Assembly: GCA_963730935.1 (NCBI GenBank)
Contig: CAVSTP010000004.1
Location: 1,280,001 to 1,344,000, forward strand
Length of the DNA: 64,000 bases
From: an uncultured Nitrospiraceae bacterium
GTDB lineage: Bacteria; Nitrospirota; Nitrospiria; Nitrospirales; Nitrospiraceae
Direction of reading: 5' to 3'
The notes beneath the pieces were generated by a model. That model was not told where the DNA came from. It worked only from the letters and a program-made list of their open reading frames with translations, and ran no database searches. The translations under genes were made by a program, and so were the position numbers. Below, one piece after another: positions 1 to 7,998 of this stretch; positions within the stretch are counted from its first letter, which is position 1; every line of letters starts with the position of its first letter.

Positions 1-829
1 CGTCAGCGAGTAAGCTCAAGAAATCAAGGTATCCCAGCGGATCGAGCAACACCAATCGCTTATCATCTACTTGACTCTCTAAACCAAACGCACTTATTCG
101 GGCACGAGTGCGGGGGTGAACAGGAAACACCACAGGTTGTTTTTGCGACAATCGTCGAATGACCGCAACAATGTTTCTGAATGTCTCTTCATTGTCCACA
201 TTGCTGGGGCGATGTAAGGTACAGAGCGTATATTCCTTTGTCTGTAGGCCGTGACGAGCCGCGAGCGAACGGGCTCGGGCCGCGTGTTCATACCTACGCA
301 GGGTATCAATCATGATATTGCCAACCTGAAACACTCGATCACTGGGTGTACCTTCGCGCCTGAGATTCTCGTCACCATCCTTCGAGGGAGTAAAAAGATA
401 ATCCGACAGTGCATCGGTCAGAACTCGATTCACTTCTTCCGGCATCGTTCGATCGAAACTTCTCAGCCCGGCCTCGACATGCGCCACCGGAATTCGGCAT
501 TTTGCCGCAGCAAGCGCACAAGCGAGAGTCGAATTCACATCGCCTACGACAATGACACAATCCACGGAATGATTGGTGATGTAGTCTTCGAAGGCGAGGA
601 GGACCTTGGCCGTTTGCTCGGCATGAGTTCCCGATCCGGCCTTCAAATAGATATCAGGCGAGGGCATTTCCAAATCCTCGAAAAATGCTGCTGACATGAG
701 ATAGTCGTAATGCTGTCCCGTATGCACGAGGATAGCTTGGACATCCCTGGCCTTCTTAAAGGCCTCCATCAACGGAGCAACCTTCACAAAGTTAGGTCGG
801 GCTCCTGCGACAACAACAAACTTAATCAT
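1..829 (-). CDS. wecB: UDP-N-acetylglucosamine 2-epimerase (non-hydrolysing), 3' end runs off the window
   Basis: Not in the ORF track (no stop in window). Manual translation from ATG at 829: MIKFVVVAGARPNFVKVAP...HTGQHYD...VVGDVNSTLA...HVEAGLRSFDRTMPEEVNR...TLHRPSNVD...FPVHPRT, all hallmark WecB motifs. Confidence 0.95.
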   Translation of the reverse strand, partial: MIKFVVVAGARPNFVKVAPLMEAFKKARDVQAILVHTGQHYDYLMSAAFFEDLEMPSPDIYLKAGSGTHAEQTAKVLLAFEDYITNHSVDCVIVVGDVNSTLACALAAAKCRIPVAHVEAGLRSFDRTMPEEVNRVLTDALSDYLFTPSKDGDENLRREGTPSDRVFQVGNIMIDTLRRYEHAARARSLAARHGLQTKEYTLCTLHRPSNVDNEETFRNIVAVIRRLSQKQPVVFPVHPRTRARISAFGLESQVDDKRLVLLDPLGYLDFLSLLAD

Positions 830-873
830 GGCCGATCCTCATGAGTTAAATAGGACTACATACGGCGAAAGGG

Positions 874-1608
874 CTAGTGGCCGGAGGCAGTTTTTTGCAG
901 CACCACGAGCAGTCGAAAAGCAAGAAAGCGGCTGCAACATTTCAGCCATCTTTCACATTGTAAAAGCGTATCCAACAGCCATAATGGCACTAAAGACGGA
1001 CGATCGAATCCGCCGCTGAGCGGATAGGCGAAGAACGCCAGACGTTCGTGGGCGAGCTTTGCCAGATTCGGGTACAGGTGGCGGAACTGCTCATAGGAAC
1101 GCTCAAACAGGATGCTCGCAACGGCCTGATTGGCATCGAACGGGTGTCGCTGCGACAACGGGGAGACGATCGCGAGCGGGTCGCGCCTGAAATCCATGGG
1201 CTCCGGGTGCAGGAACCGATAGATGGGCCAGGAAAGCGCGGACACATACGGGTCCATGATCACGATCCGACCGCTTGGCACGAGGACGCGAAGGGCCTCG
1301 TCAAAAAAGTACCGCACGTTTTCCAGATGATGTAGTACATCGAACAGCACGATGTTTGAGACGCTCTTGCTGCGAAACGGCAGATGCTGGGCATCGACAA
1401 GCGCATCAAGCCAAGGCATTCTCACGACGTCTGTGCACAGCACATGGGGAGAAAATTCCTTCAAGTTCCCTGTGCCTCCTCCAACTTCAACCGTCAGTCC
1501 GGGCGTAAGCCACCGGCAAATCTCCTGGTACCACGAAGCATACAGTCGTCTCAGCACAGGCTTTTGTGTCCAGACGGTGTGATGGCGGCGCAACACGTCT
1601 TCAGACAT
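874..1608 (-). CDS. Class I SAM-dependent methyltransferase (copy 1; probably chimeric)
   Basis: VEVGGGTG SAM motif, DAQHLPF, FDVLHHL. Identical to 3223-3939 up to GGFDRPSL, then a different but homologous C-terminal tail. Confidence 0.85.
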   Translation of the reverse strand: MSEDVLRRHHTVWTQKPVLRRLYASWYQEICRWLTPGLTVEVGGGTGNLKEFSPHVLCTDVVRMPWLDALVDAQHLPFRSKSVSNIVLFDVLHHLENVRYFFDEALRVLVPSGRIVIMDPYVSALSWPIYRFLHPEPMDFRRDPLAIVSPLSQRHPFDANQAVASILFERSYEQFRHLYPNLAKLAHERLAFFAYPLSGGFDRPSLVPLWLLDTLLQCERWLKCCSRFLAFRLLVVLQKTASGH

Positions 1609-1861
1609 CAGACGGCTTTCAGGCGAAAGAAGCCATACACGGTCATCTTGAGCAGCAACCAGCCGTGCTGAAACCGATTGATGTTCGTCGTTCCATACGT
1701 ACGCTCCTGATATCGGATCGGCACCTCGATGATTTTCAAATTGAGCTTCGAGGCGCCGAACAGCAAATCAAAGTCGCCGAACGGATCGAAATCACCGAAA
1801 TACTCCCGGTTGGCGGCAATCCGCTCGTAATCTTTGCGGAATAGGACCTTGGTTCCGCACA
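995..1861. repeat. 867-bp direct repeat, copy 1 (matches 3326-4192, offset 2331)
   Basis: Sequence and all shadow ORF translations are identical between copies. Identity starts at gacggacgatcgaatc (995/3326) and ends at ggttccgcaca (1861/4192). Confidence 0.95.
1608..1861 (-). pseudogene. Duplicated 3' fragment of the GT2 gene at 3939-5396
   Basis: LCGTKVLFRKDYERIAANREYFGDFDPFGDFD...RLKAV is identical to the C-terminus of 3939-5396 but lacks the native N-terminus. Confidence 0.9.
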
Positions 1862-1908
1862 AGATTTTTCCTCCAGTACCCTGCGCCGACCACCGCAACC
1901 TGGGTCAC
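1852..1908 (-). pseudogene. 19-codon N-terminal remnant of a Gfo/Idh/MocA-family oxidoreductase
   Basis: GTG-initiated MTQVAVVGAGYWRKNLVRN resembles the Rossmann start (VAVVGAGYWGKNLVRN) of sugar-nucleotide dehydrogenases. It ends at the duplication junction. Confidence 0.75.
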
Positions 1909-1991
1909 GCCTTCAGATTGGGATTTGTGAACAGCATGAGCACTCCTTGGTTGGATCGAACGATAATCAATCACAGGTAAAAACGCTTTGC

Positions 1992-3215
1992 TTATTCAAG
2001 CTTGATTTTGCTAACTACATGTTCAGCAAAGGGTAATGAGGACGTAAACGCTGGAGAGACAGCATTCAAAATATGGGTAGACTTAACACCGGACTCGATC
2101 ACGAAATCATTTACCAATTCCGCGGTCTTTGTCTGAACGAGTTGAGCCCTAATTCCTGGCTCTTTGCCGGGCAGGAGATCCGCCGCCTCGAACCCCACGG
2201 CCAGTCCCCGTGCCTCCCGAAAGAATCCAGATGTAGATACCTTCAATATCTCACGCCAAGCGATAGATCGGAAATGATCCTGATTTCGAGTGAATAACCT
2301 GAACAAATATGTCGCCATCGCCAATCCGTCCTTCATTGTGATTCCTCTGAGCCCCCGATATTGTTCTCGCCCCAGCAACGGAAGCGCCGATGGCCCTATT
2401 GTGATATTTCCTTCAGGACGACGAGTGAAGTGGACACCCAAGAATGGATTCCTGAGATCGGGCACGGGATAGATGTTTCCACGCACTGTGACCTTGGACT
2501 GAGGCCTCAGCTGATAGAACTGTCCACGAAACGGAAGGATTCGATACTCGCGCCCTGCCTCATGAGCCCAGGCAATTCGGTCTGCGAACAGGCCGGCACA
2601 GTTAACCAAGTGACCATAGGCGATCCTGCCTTGAGAGGTGTGCGCCAAGTCCTTTCCCTCACGACGCCTCCACATACATCCCATCTGCAAATTGACGCCT
2701 TCCCGACGAGCATCATCGACCAAGGCATCCATAACGCGCTGTGGATCTACGACGGCAGTATCCTTGACGTACAGCGCCTGATCAATGGTCTTCGCGCAAG
2801 GTTCGATCTCCTTGAGCGTTTGGCTATCAACCAATTCTGACCGCACACCATTAGCTTGCGATCGCGCAAACAATTCTCGTAGTGCCGACAATTCTTTCTC
2901 GCTTCTAGCGACGATGACCTTTCCGTTGTCGTTGAGAGGGATTTGCTTCGTCACACAATATTCACGCATCAGCCGGTTGCCTTCAACACACAGCCGTGCT
3001 TTGAGAGTTCCAGCCTTGTAGTAGACGCCCGCATGAAGCACTCCGCTGTTCCTTCCGCTCGCATGCTGGCCTGGTAACGGCTCTTTTTCAATTACCATGA
3101 CCCGAGCATGGTGACGGCGGCGTAACTCTCGTGCGATCGACACGCCGATGATGCCTGCGCCGACAACGAGGAAATCACAGACCTTATCGGTCATAATCCC
3201 TGGACTGGGCGGCAT
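1992..3215 (-). CDS. lhgO: FAD-dependent oxidoreductase, L-2-hydroxyglutarate oxidase (LhgO) family
   Basis: DFLVVGAGIIG, HASGRNSGVLHAGVYY, IYPVPD.RNPFLGVHFT, GIRAQ, NAVSPAFTSS. True start is ATG 3215 or 3194; the longer ORF-track N-terminus overlaps the upstream gene. Confidence 0.88.
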   Translation of the reverse strand: MPPSPGIMTDKVCDFLVVGAGIIGVSIARELRRRHHARVMVIEKEPLPGQHASGRNSGVLHAGVYYKAGTLKARLCVEGNRLMREYCVTKQIPLNDNGKVIVARSEKELSALRELFARSQANGVRSELVDSQTLKEIEPCAKTIDQALYVKDTAVVDPQRVMDALVDDARREGVNLQMGCMWRRREGKDLAHTSQGRIAYGHLVNCAGLFADRIAWAHEAGREYRILPFRGQFYQLRPQSKVTVRGNIYPVPDLRNPFLGVHFTRRPEGNITIGPSALPLLGREQYRGLRGITMKDGLAMATYLFRLFTRNQDHFRSIAWREILKVSTSGFFREARGLAVGFEAADLLPGKEPGIRAQLVQTKTAELVNDFVIESGVKSTHILNAVSPAFTSSLPFAEHVVSKIKLE

Positions 3216-3222
3216 GCTCAGG

Positions 3223-3939
3223 TCACGCTTTTTCCACGAGCAACCGGAACGCGAGCAGGCGGCCCAAACGACGGCACCATGGCTCGAACTGGAGGAGCGC
3301 GTGGATGGACCACTCCGGAAGAAGCGACGGACGATCGAATCCGCCGCTGAGCGGATAGGCGAAGAACGCCAGACGTTCGTGGGCGAGCTTTGCCAGATTC
3401 GGGTACAGGTGGCGGAACTGCTCATAGGAACGCTCAAACAGGATGCTCGCAACGGCCTGATTGGCATCGAACGGGTGTCGCTGCGACAACGGGGAGACGA
3501 TCGCGAGCGGGTCGCGCCTGAAATCCATGGGCTCCGGGTGCAGGAACCGATAGATGGGCCAGGAAAGCGCGGACACATACGGGTCCATGATCACGATCCG
3601 ACCGCTTGGCACGAGGACGCGAAGGGCCTCGTCAAAAAAGTACCGCACGTTTTCCAGATGATGTAGTACATCGAACAGCACGATGTTTGAGACGCTCTTG
3701 CTGCGAAACGGCAGATGCTGGGCATCGACAAGCGCATCAAGCCAAGGCATTCTCACGACGTCTGTGCACAGCACATGGGGAGAAAATTCCTTCAAGTTCC
3801 CTGTGCCTCCTCCAACTTCAACCGTCAGTCCGGGCGTAAGCCACCGGCAAATCTCCTGGTACCACGAAGCATACAGTCGTCTCAGCACAGGCTTTTGTGT
3901 CCAGACGGTGTGATGGCGGCGCAACACGTCTTCAGACAT
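3223..3939 (-). CDS. Class I SAM-dependent methyltransferase (copy 2)
   Basis: VEVGGGTG motif; TGATG overlap with the upstream GT2 gene. Confidence 0.88.
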   Translation of the reverse strand: MSEDVLRRHHTVWTQKPVLRRLYASWYQEICRWLTPGLTVEVGGGTGNLKEFSPHVLCTDVVRMPWLDALVDAQHLPFRSKSVSNIVLFDVLHHLENVRYFFDEALRVLVPSGRIVIMDPYVSALSWPIYRFLHPEPMDFRRDPLAIVSPLSQRHPFDANQAVASILFERSYEQFRHLYPNLAKLAHERLAFFAYPLSGGFDRPSLLPEWSIHALLQFEPWCRRLGRLLAFRLLVEKA

Positions 3940-4192
3940 CAGACGGCTTTCAGGCGAAAGAAGCCATACACGGTCATCTTGAGCAGCAACCAGCCGTGCT
4001 GAAACCGATTGATGTTCGTCGTTCCATACGTACGCTCCTGATATCGGATCGGCACCTCGATGATTTTCAAATTGAGCTTCGAGGCGCCGAACAGCAAATC
4101 AAAGTCGCCGAACGGATCGAAATCACCGAAATACTCCCGGTTGGCGGCAATCCGCTCGTAATCTTTGCGGAATAGGACCTTGGTTCCGCACA
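3326..4192. repeat. 867-bp direct repeat, copy 2
   Basis: Matches 995-1861. Confidence 0.95.
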
Positions 4193-5396
4193 GCGTATCT
4201 TTGATCCGCTCACCCAAAAGCCAGCTGAATGCCATGCTGAAAAACTTGTTTCCGAGCAAATTCAGCAGCCGCATCGCCCTCTGCTCCATCGGGTACACCA
4301 GGCGACTGCCGTTGATGAACTCTCCTTTGCCATGTGCGATCGCATCATAAAACTTGGGAAGGTCTTCCGGCGGCATCGTGAGGTCAGCATCAAGAATCAT
4401 CAGGATGTCTCCAGTGGCCGCGGCAAATCCTTTTCGAACCGCATCCCCTTTTCCTTTGCCCTCCTGGACGAACAGCTTGATGCCCTTGTCGGGATACTTT
4501 TTGATGATGCGTTGGATTTCCTCGACGGTGCCATCGGTGGAGTGCCCATCGACAAAGATGATTTCCTGATGAGCTCCGAACGCGGGAATCCGAACAACAG
4601 CCGCTTCAATGTTTCCCATTTCATTACGGCAAGGGATGACGATGCTGACAGAGTACGCCTGACCGGCTTGCAACCCGCGCACCCTCGCGACCACATACTG
4701 TGCCAGAGAAAGCCGGTTGATGCCTGGAAGAATGACGGCAAATCGGTTCAATAACGGGGCGATGAGCGGGATGTGTTTCGGCAACAGGAACCGATTCTCG
4801 ACCTTCACGACTTCATAATCGGCGAGACGCAAGAGGTTCCGAATATCGGCCGGTGAAAGCCAGTTCTGCTGTTGTTGCGGCATCTTTAGCCCCAGTCGTT
4901 CGGCGACACGCAACAGGGGCTCCCACAGAAAGTTGTAATAGACAATGATCACTCGCGTATGCGGCTCGCAGAAGCGGCGAAGTGTTTTCAACGTGGATTC
5001 GACATCGAGCAGATGACCGATCACATCGAGGAGCAAAATGACGTCGAAGGTTTCGCTGCCATTCAGTTCATCCACATCAATGGCTCGGAATTCGATGTCT
5101 GGATGTCGCGCCACCGCCTGTTTGATCATTGCGGCGCTGAGATCAATCCCCAAGCCGCGTTTTGGCTTCAACCCGGCGAGCTGGTCCCCCAATCCACAAC
5201 CCACCTCTAGAATATTCAGTCCTTCCGGCACTAAAAACCGGAGATAGTGCAGCTGATCTTCATAGTAATAGCGTGCTCGTTCCTGCCAGCGTGTCCGCTC
5301 AAGCGACAACCGGTCAAATCGTTCTGAAATTTCATGCTTACGAAGCTGGTCTCGTTGCATGTGTGTAACCCCAGGACCTCGCGCGAGCGAGGCCAT
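3939..5396 (-). CDS. Bifunctional SAM-methyltransferase-like domain / family 2 glycosyltransferase (DPM-synthase-like)
   Basis: N-terminal ILEVGCGLG; C-terminal SIVIPCRNE, FVDGHSTDGT, GKGKGDAVRKGF, ILDADL, DTLCGTK. Confidence 0.9.
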   Translation of the reverse strand: MASLARGPGVTHMQRDQLRKHEISERFDRLSLERTRWQERARYYYEDQLHYLRFLVPEGLNILEVGCGLGDQLAGLKPKRGLGIDLSAAMIKQAVARHPDIEFRAIDVDELNGSETFDVILLLDVIGHLLDVESTLKTLRRFCEPHTRVIIVYYNFLWEPLLRVAERLGLKMPQQQQNWLSPADIRNLLRLADYEVVKVENRFLLPKHIPLIAPLLNRFAVILPGINRLSLAQYVVARVRGLQAGQAYSVSIVIPCRNEMGNIEAAVVRIPAFGAHQEIIFVDGHSTDGTVEEIQRIIKKYPDKGIKLFVQEGKGKGDAVRKGFAAATGDILMILDADLTMPPEDLPKFYDAIAHGKGEFINGSRLVYPMEQRAMRLLNLLGNKFFSMAFSWLLGERIKDTLCGTKVLFRKDYERIAANREYFGDFDPFGDFDLLFGASKLNLKIIEVPIRYQERTYGTTNINRFQHGWLLLKMTVYGFFRLKAV

Positions 5397-5402
5397 GTCC
5401 GG

Positions 5403-5927
5403 CTACTGAATCGGCGCCACGTCAGCCGTATCGATTTCCACCGCGGCCGCCTGCTGGATCAGACGCACACCGAGGATCAAACGATGCCGCTTCTCTTTAC
5501 GAAGCAGAATCCCGTGAAGCCCTTGGAGCGGCCCTCTAATGACTTCGACCTTCATGCCTTCCTGAAGATAGGGATGCGGATCGTACGGGAGGACGCTCGC
5601 GATCAGGGTCTGGATCGCCGTGATTTCCTCATCAGGAATTGGTTCCGGACGCTGCCCGCCGCCTACAATATCCACGACACCGACGGTCTTGAGGACCGGC
5701 AGCTTCTGATCTGAAGTGAAGCGGACGAAGCAGTAGCCAGAAAACAGTGGCACCTCGACCTCTTTCTTCCGATCTTTCCATTGATTGAGACGCTTGACGG
5801 TCGGCAGCAGCGGCTCGATCCCTTGCTGCACCAGCTGGTCGCGCACCATCTTTTCATGCCGCGACCGGGTCCGCAGCGCATACCAATGAAGACCGGTGAT
5901 CTGGTCTGGTCTCGACTCTGTAGACAC
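5403..5927 (-). CDS. UpxY/RfaH-type NusG-paralog transcription antiterminator
   Basis: WYALRTRSRHEK, PLFSGYCFV (NGN domain) and KOW motif VEVIRGPLQGLHG; heads a polysaccharide operon. Confidence 0.92.
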   Translation of the reverse strand: MSTESRPDQITGLHWYALRTRSRHEKMVRDQLVQQGIEPLLPTVKRLNQWKDRKKEVEVPLFSGYCFVRFTSDQKLPVLKTVGVVDIVGGGQRPEPIPDEEITAIQTLIASVLPYDPHPYLQEGMKVEVIRGPLQGLHGILLRKEKRHRLILGVRLIQQAAAVEIDTADVAPIQ

Positions 5928-5997
5928 AGCTTCGCCCTCTCACTTACAGTGCCTTACCGGTTCCCGATCCTTGAGGGAGTTCCGTCACTCCCCGACT

Positions 5998-6585
5998 CTA
6001 CTGTCGCAAACCCAGTCTCAGCAGTTTCTCGCGAGGAATGCCGGACTGCACCAGCTGTTCTTCGTAAGCCGCCGCATGGTCAAAATCGGCAATCAGGACT
6101 CGATCCAATTGCCACGCCGTGATCTGGTCCGGTGAAGAGACCGGATGCGAAAGAAATGTGTCACGCGTGTTCCCGTCGACGAATCCAATGCAATCGATGT
6201 TCATCTCCCGCAGCGCCAAATACGCCAATTCTGCAAGCTCTCCCGTGCCGCAAATCGCGACACGCTGCCCTTTGGTCCATTCGAGTGAGGACAACATGTC
6301 TTTGAGGCGCCCCCGCATGTCGCGGTAGTAGGACAGCGAATATTGCATGTACTGATACGTGAGGCGGGATTTCTCGGCAAATCCCTGTGGCGTGAGGAGA
6401 TAGCGGATCCGATTGCGTTGAATGGTCGTAATCTTAATGTACCCTTTGCGAGCCAGGCGCTTGAGATACAGGTTGGTCAAACCAAGGGCGACCCCGAGCT
6501 TGGTCGCGAGCGTGCGTTGCGTAGCCCCGCCGTTGCGATCGAGCTCGCTTAGCAGTAAGAGATCACGTTGGCCTTGTAAATCCAT
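5998..6585 (-). CDS. EPS-associated MarR-type winged-helix transcriptional regulator with C-terminal Rossmann-like domain
   Basis: TQRTLATKLGVALGLTNLYLKRLARKGYIK...YLLTPQGFAEKSRLT, then VAICGTGELAE. ATG at 6585 preferred. Confidence 0.88.
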   Translation of the reverse strand: MDLQGQRDLLLLSELDRNGGATQRTLATKLGVALGLTNLYLKRLARKGYIKITTIQRNRIRYLLTPQGFAEKSRLTYQYMQYSLSYYRDMRGRLKDMLSSLEWTKGQRVAICGTGELAELAYLALREMNIDCIGFVDGNTRDTFLSHPVSSPDQITAWQLDRVLIADFDHAAAYEEQLVQSGIPREKLLRLGLRQ

Positions 6586-6611
6586 GAAATACGCGGGCAA
6601 ACTGGCGAAGC

Positions 6612-6647
6612 GTTCACAATATGAACAAAAAAGCTAAAACCTGTCAA
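6612..6647 (-). promoter_or_regulatory. Sigma70-like promoter with overlapping palindromic operator candidate
   Basis: TTGACA (6647-6642), 18 nt, CATATT (6623-6618); inverted repeat GTTCA-N5-TGAAC at 6612-6626 overlaps the -10. Confidence 0.6.
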
Positions 6648-6693
6648 GTGGGTTTGAGACGGGGCGATAATTGGAGGCACAGGGATCAGGTGA

Positions 6694-7752
6694 TCAACGC
6701 ACGTGCGGTTGCGCAGCGGTCTTCTCGATGCCTGACTCCCGTTTGACCGCATGGATGGTCAGTTCCGTCCCGTAACCAAGCCGGCCGGCGACAAAGGATA
6801 ACGGGCCGGCAATCAACCCCTCGATGAGCTTCCGAAAAGGCAACTCTCTCCCGAAACGGTGCTTCCATACCCGATCCAGGCTCGCCATCAAAAACACTGA
6901 ACTGACCGCCGTGCGAACGACCTGTGCCGAAAACCCAGCTTTGGCGAGAGCACCCGTCAGGCTTGCGCGGTCAAAATGGTAGAAATGTCTCGGAGGATCA
7001 AGCTGAAACCACCAGCGGCCGAACAGTTTGAACTCGAGACTGTGGACGTTGGGTACATGGATCACCAGTAGACCGTCCTCCTTGAGAAGCCGGCGGATCC
7101 GCCGCAAGGTTTCAACGGGGCTGGGAAAATGTTCAAGTGAATGGCTCATGAGCACGAGATCAAATGCGCCGGGAGGAAACGGCGCCGACTCGACGATACC
7201 AGTGTGGATCTGTCCCTTAGTCAGCCCTCGGGCATGAGCGGCGGCAATCTCGCTGATCTCGATACCGTGAGGTTCCCATCCCTGATCTTGCAGGGTCTTC
7301 AAGTTCCCGCCGGCCCCGCATCCGACATCCAACATCTTCCCCTGGCCTCTCCAGGGCAAGGGGTAGCGCCCTTTCAGCTCCCGCCATGTCTTGTCCGGCC
7401 ATAACAGAGCTTTTCTCACCGGCCGCCACCAGGCGGCCCCACCCGACGAAGGATAGTCGTAATAGTCCTCCAACACCCATTGCTTGAGCCGCGAAGACAA
7501 TCGCTTCAAAAATTTTGGCCTAGACTTGGCTTGTACCGGAGGGTAATAGTCAGTCGGATAATACGACCCCAGAAGATCGTTCGAGGGACGCGGATTTAAA
7601 TAGACCAGACCGCAGTTGCGGCATTTCACAATGGTAAACTGGTCTCTACTGACTTCCAGCAGCAGATCGCCCTGTTTCACCATCACGTCAGATTGGTTTG
7701 AGTGGCAGAGATCGCAGAAGACTAACTCGATTCTAGGTTCACCTGTTTCCGT
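6694..7752 (-). CDS. Class I SAM-dependent methyltransferase with N-terminal Zn-ribbon (start uncertain)
   Basis: LDVGCGAG, MSHSLEHF, DPPRHFYHF. The frame stays open upstream of GTG 7686 to 7752 and adds CDLC, which pairs with CRNC. Confidence 0.82.
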   Translation of the reverse strand, partial: TETGEPRIELVFCDLCHSNQSDVMVKQGDLLLEVSRDQFTIVKCRNCGLVYLNPRPSNDLLGSYYPTDYYPPVQAKSRPKFLKRLSSRLKQWVLEDYYDYPSSGGAAWWRPVRKALLWPDKTWRELKGRYPLPWRGQGKMLDVGCGAGGNLKTLQDQGWEPHGIEISEIAAAHARGLTKGQIHTGIVESAPFPPGAFDLVLMSHSLEHFPSPVETLRRIRRLLKEDGLLVIHVPNVHSLEFKLFGRWWFQLDPPRHFYHFDRASLTGALAKAGFSAQVVRTAVSSVFLMASLDRVWKHRFGRELPFRKLIEGLIAGPLSFVAGRLGYGTELTIHAVKRESGIEKTAAQPHVR

Positions 7753-7998
7753 TCACGGATTGCCGCATTACCAGCTTTATTTTACGGATCTGCGCATGAT
7801 CAGTCTTTCCTTCTATTCCATAGTCGGGGAGAACCTAGAAAAGGTTACACGGGGCAGAATGACGCGCTTAGCCGTGATTCAAGTAGCTTCGGATATTAAT
7901 AGGCGAGCACAAATTCCAAACGCGTTTACGCGGCTTGCCCACGCAAGAAAAAATCTTACGCAGCCCCAGTTATGTAAGGCAAGGGGCATTTGTCTGAC

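Noticed and set aside
251..694. 147-aa plus-strand ORF
   Set aside because: Antisense to wecB, which is the real gene but is missing from the ORF track.
3216..3578. N-terminal extension of the 528-aa LhgO ORF
   Set aside because: An alternative frame of the upstream methyltransferase. The same peptide appears in repeat copy 1, and LhgO motifs start only after 3215.
995..4192. 867-bp repeats as IS copies flanking a composite transposon carrying lhgO
   Set aside because: The repeats encode GT/MTase sequence with no transposase or terminal inverted repeats.
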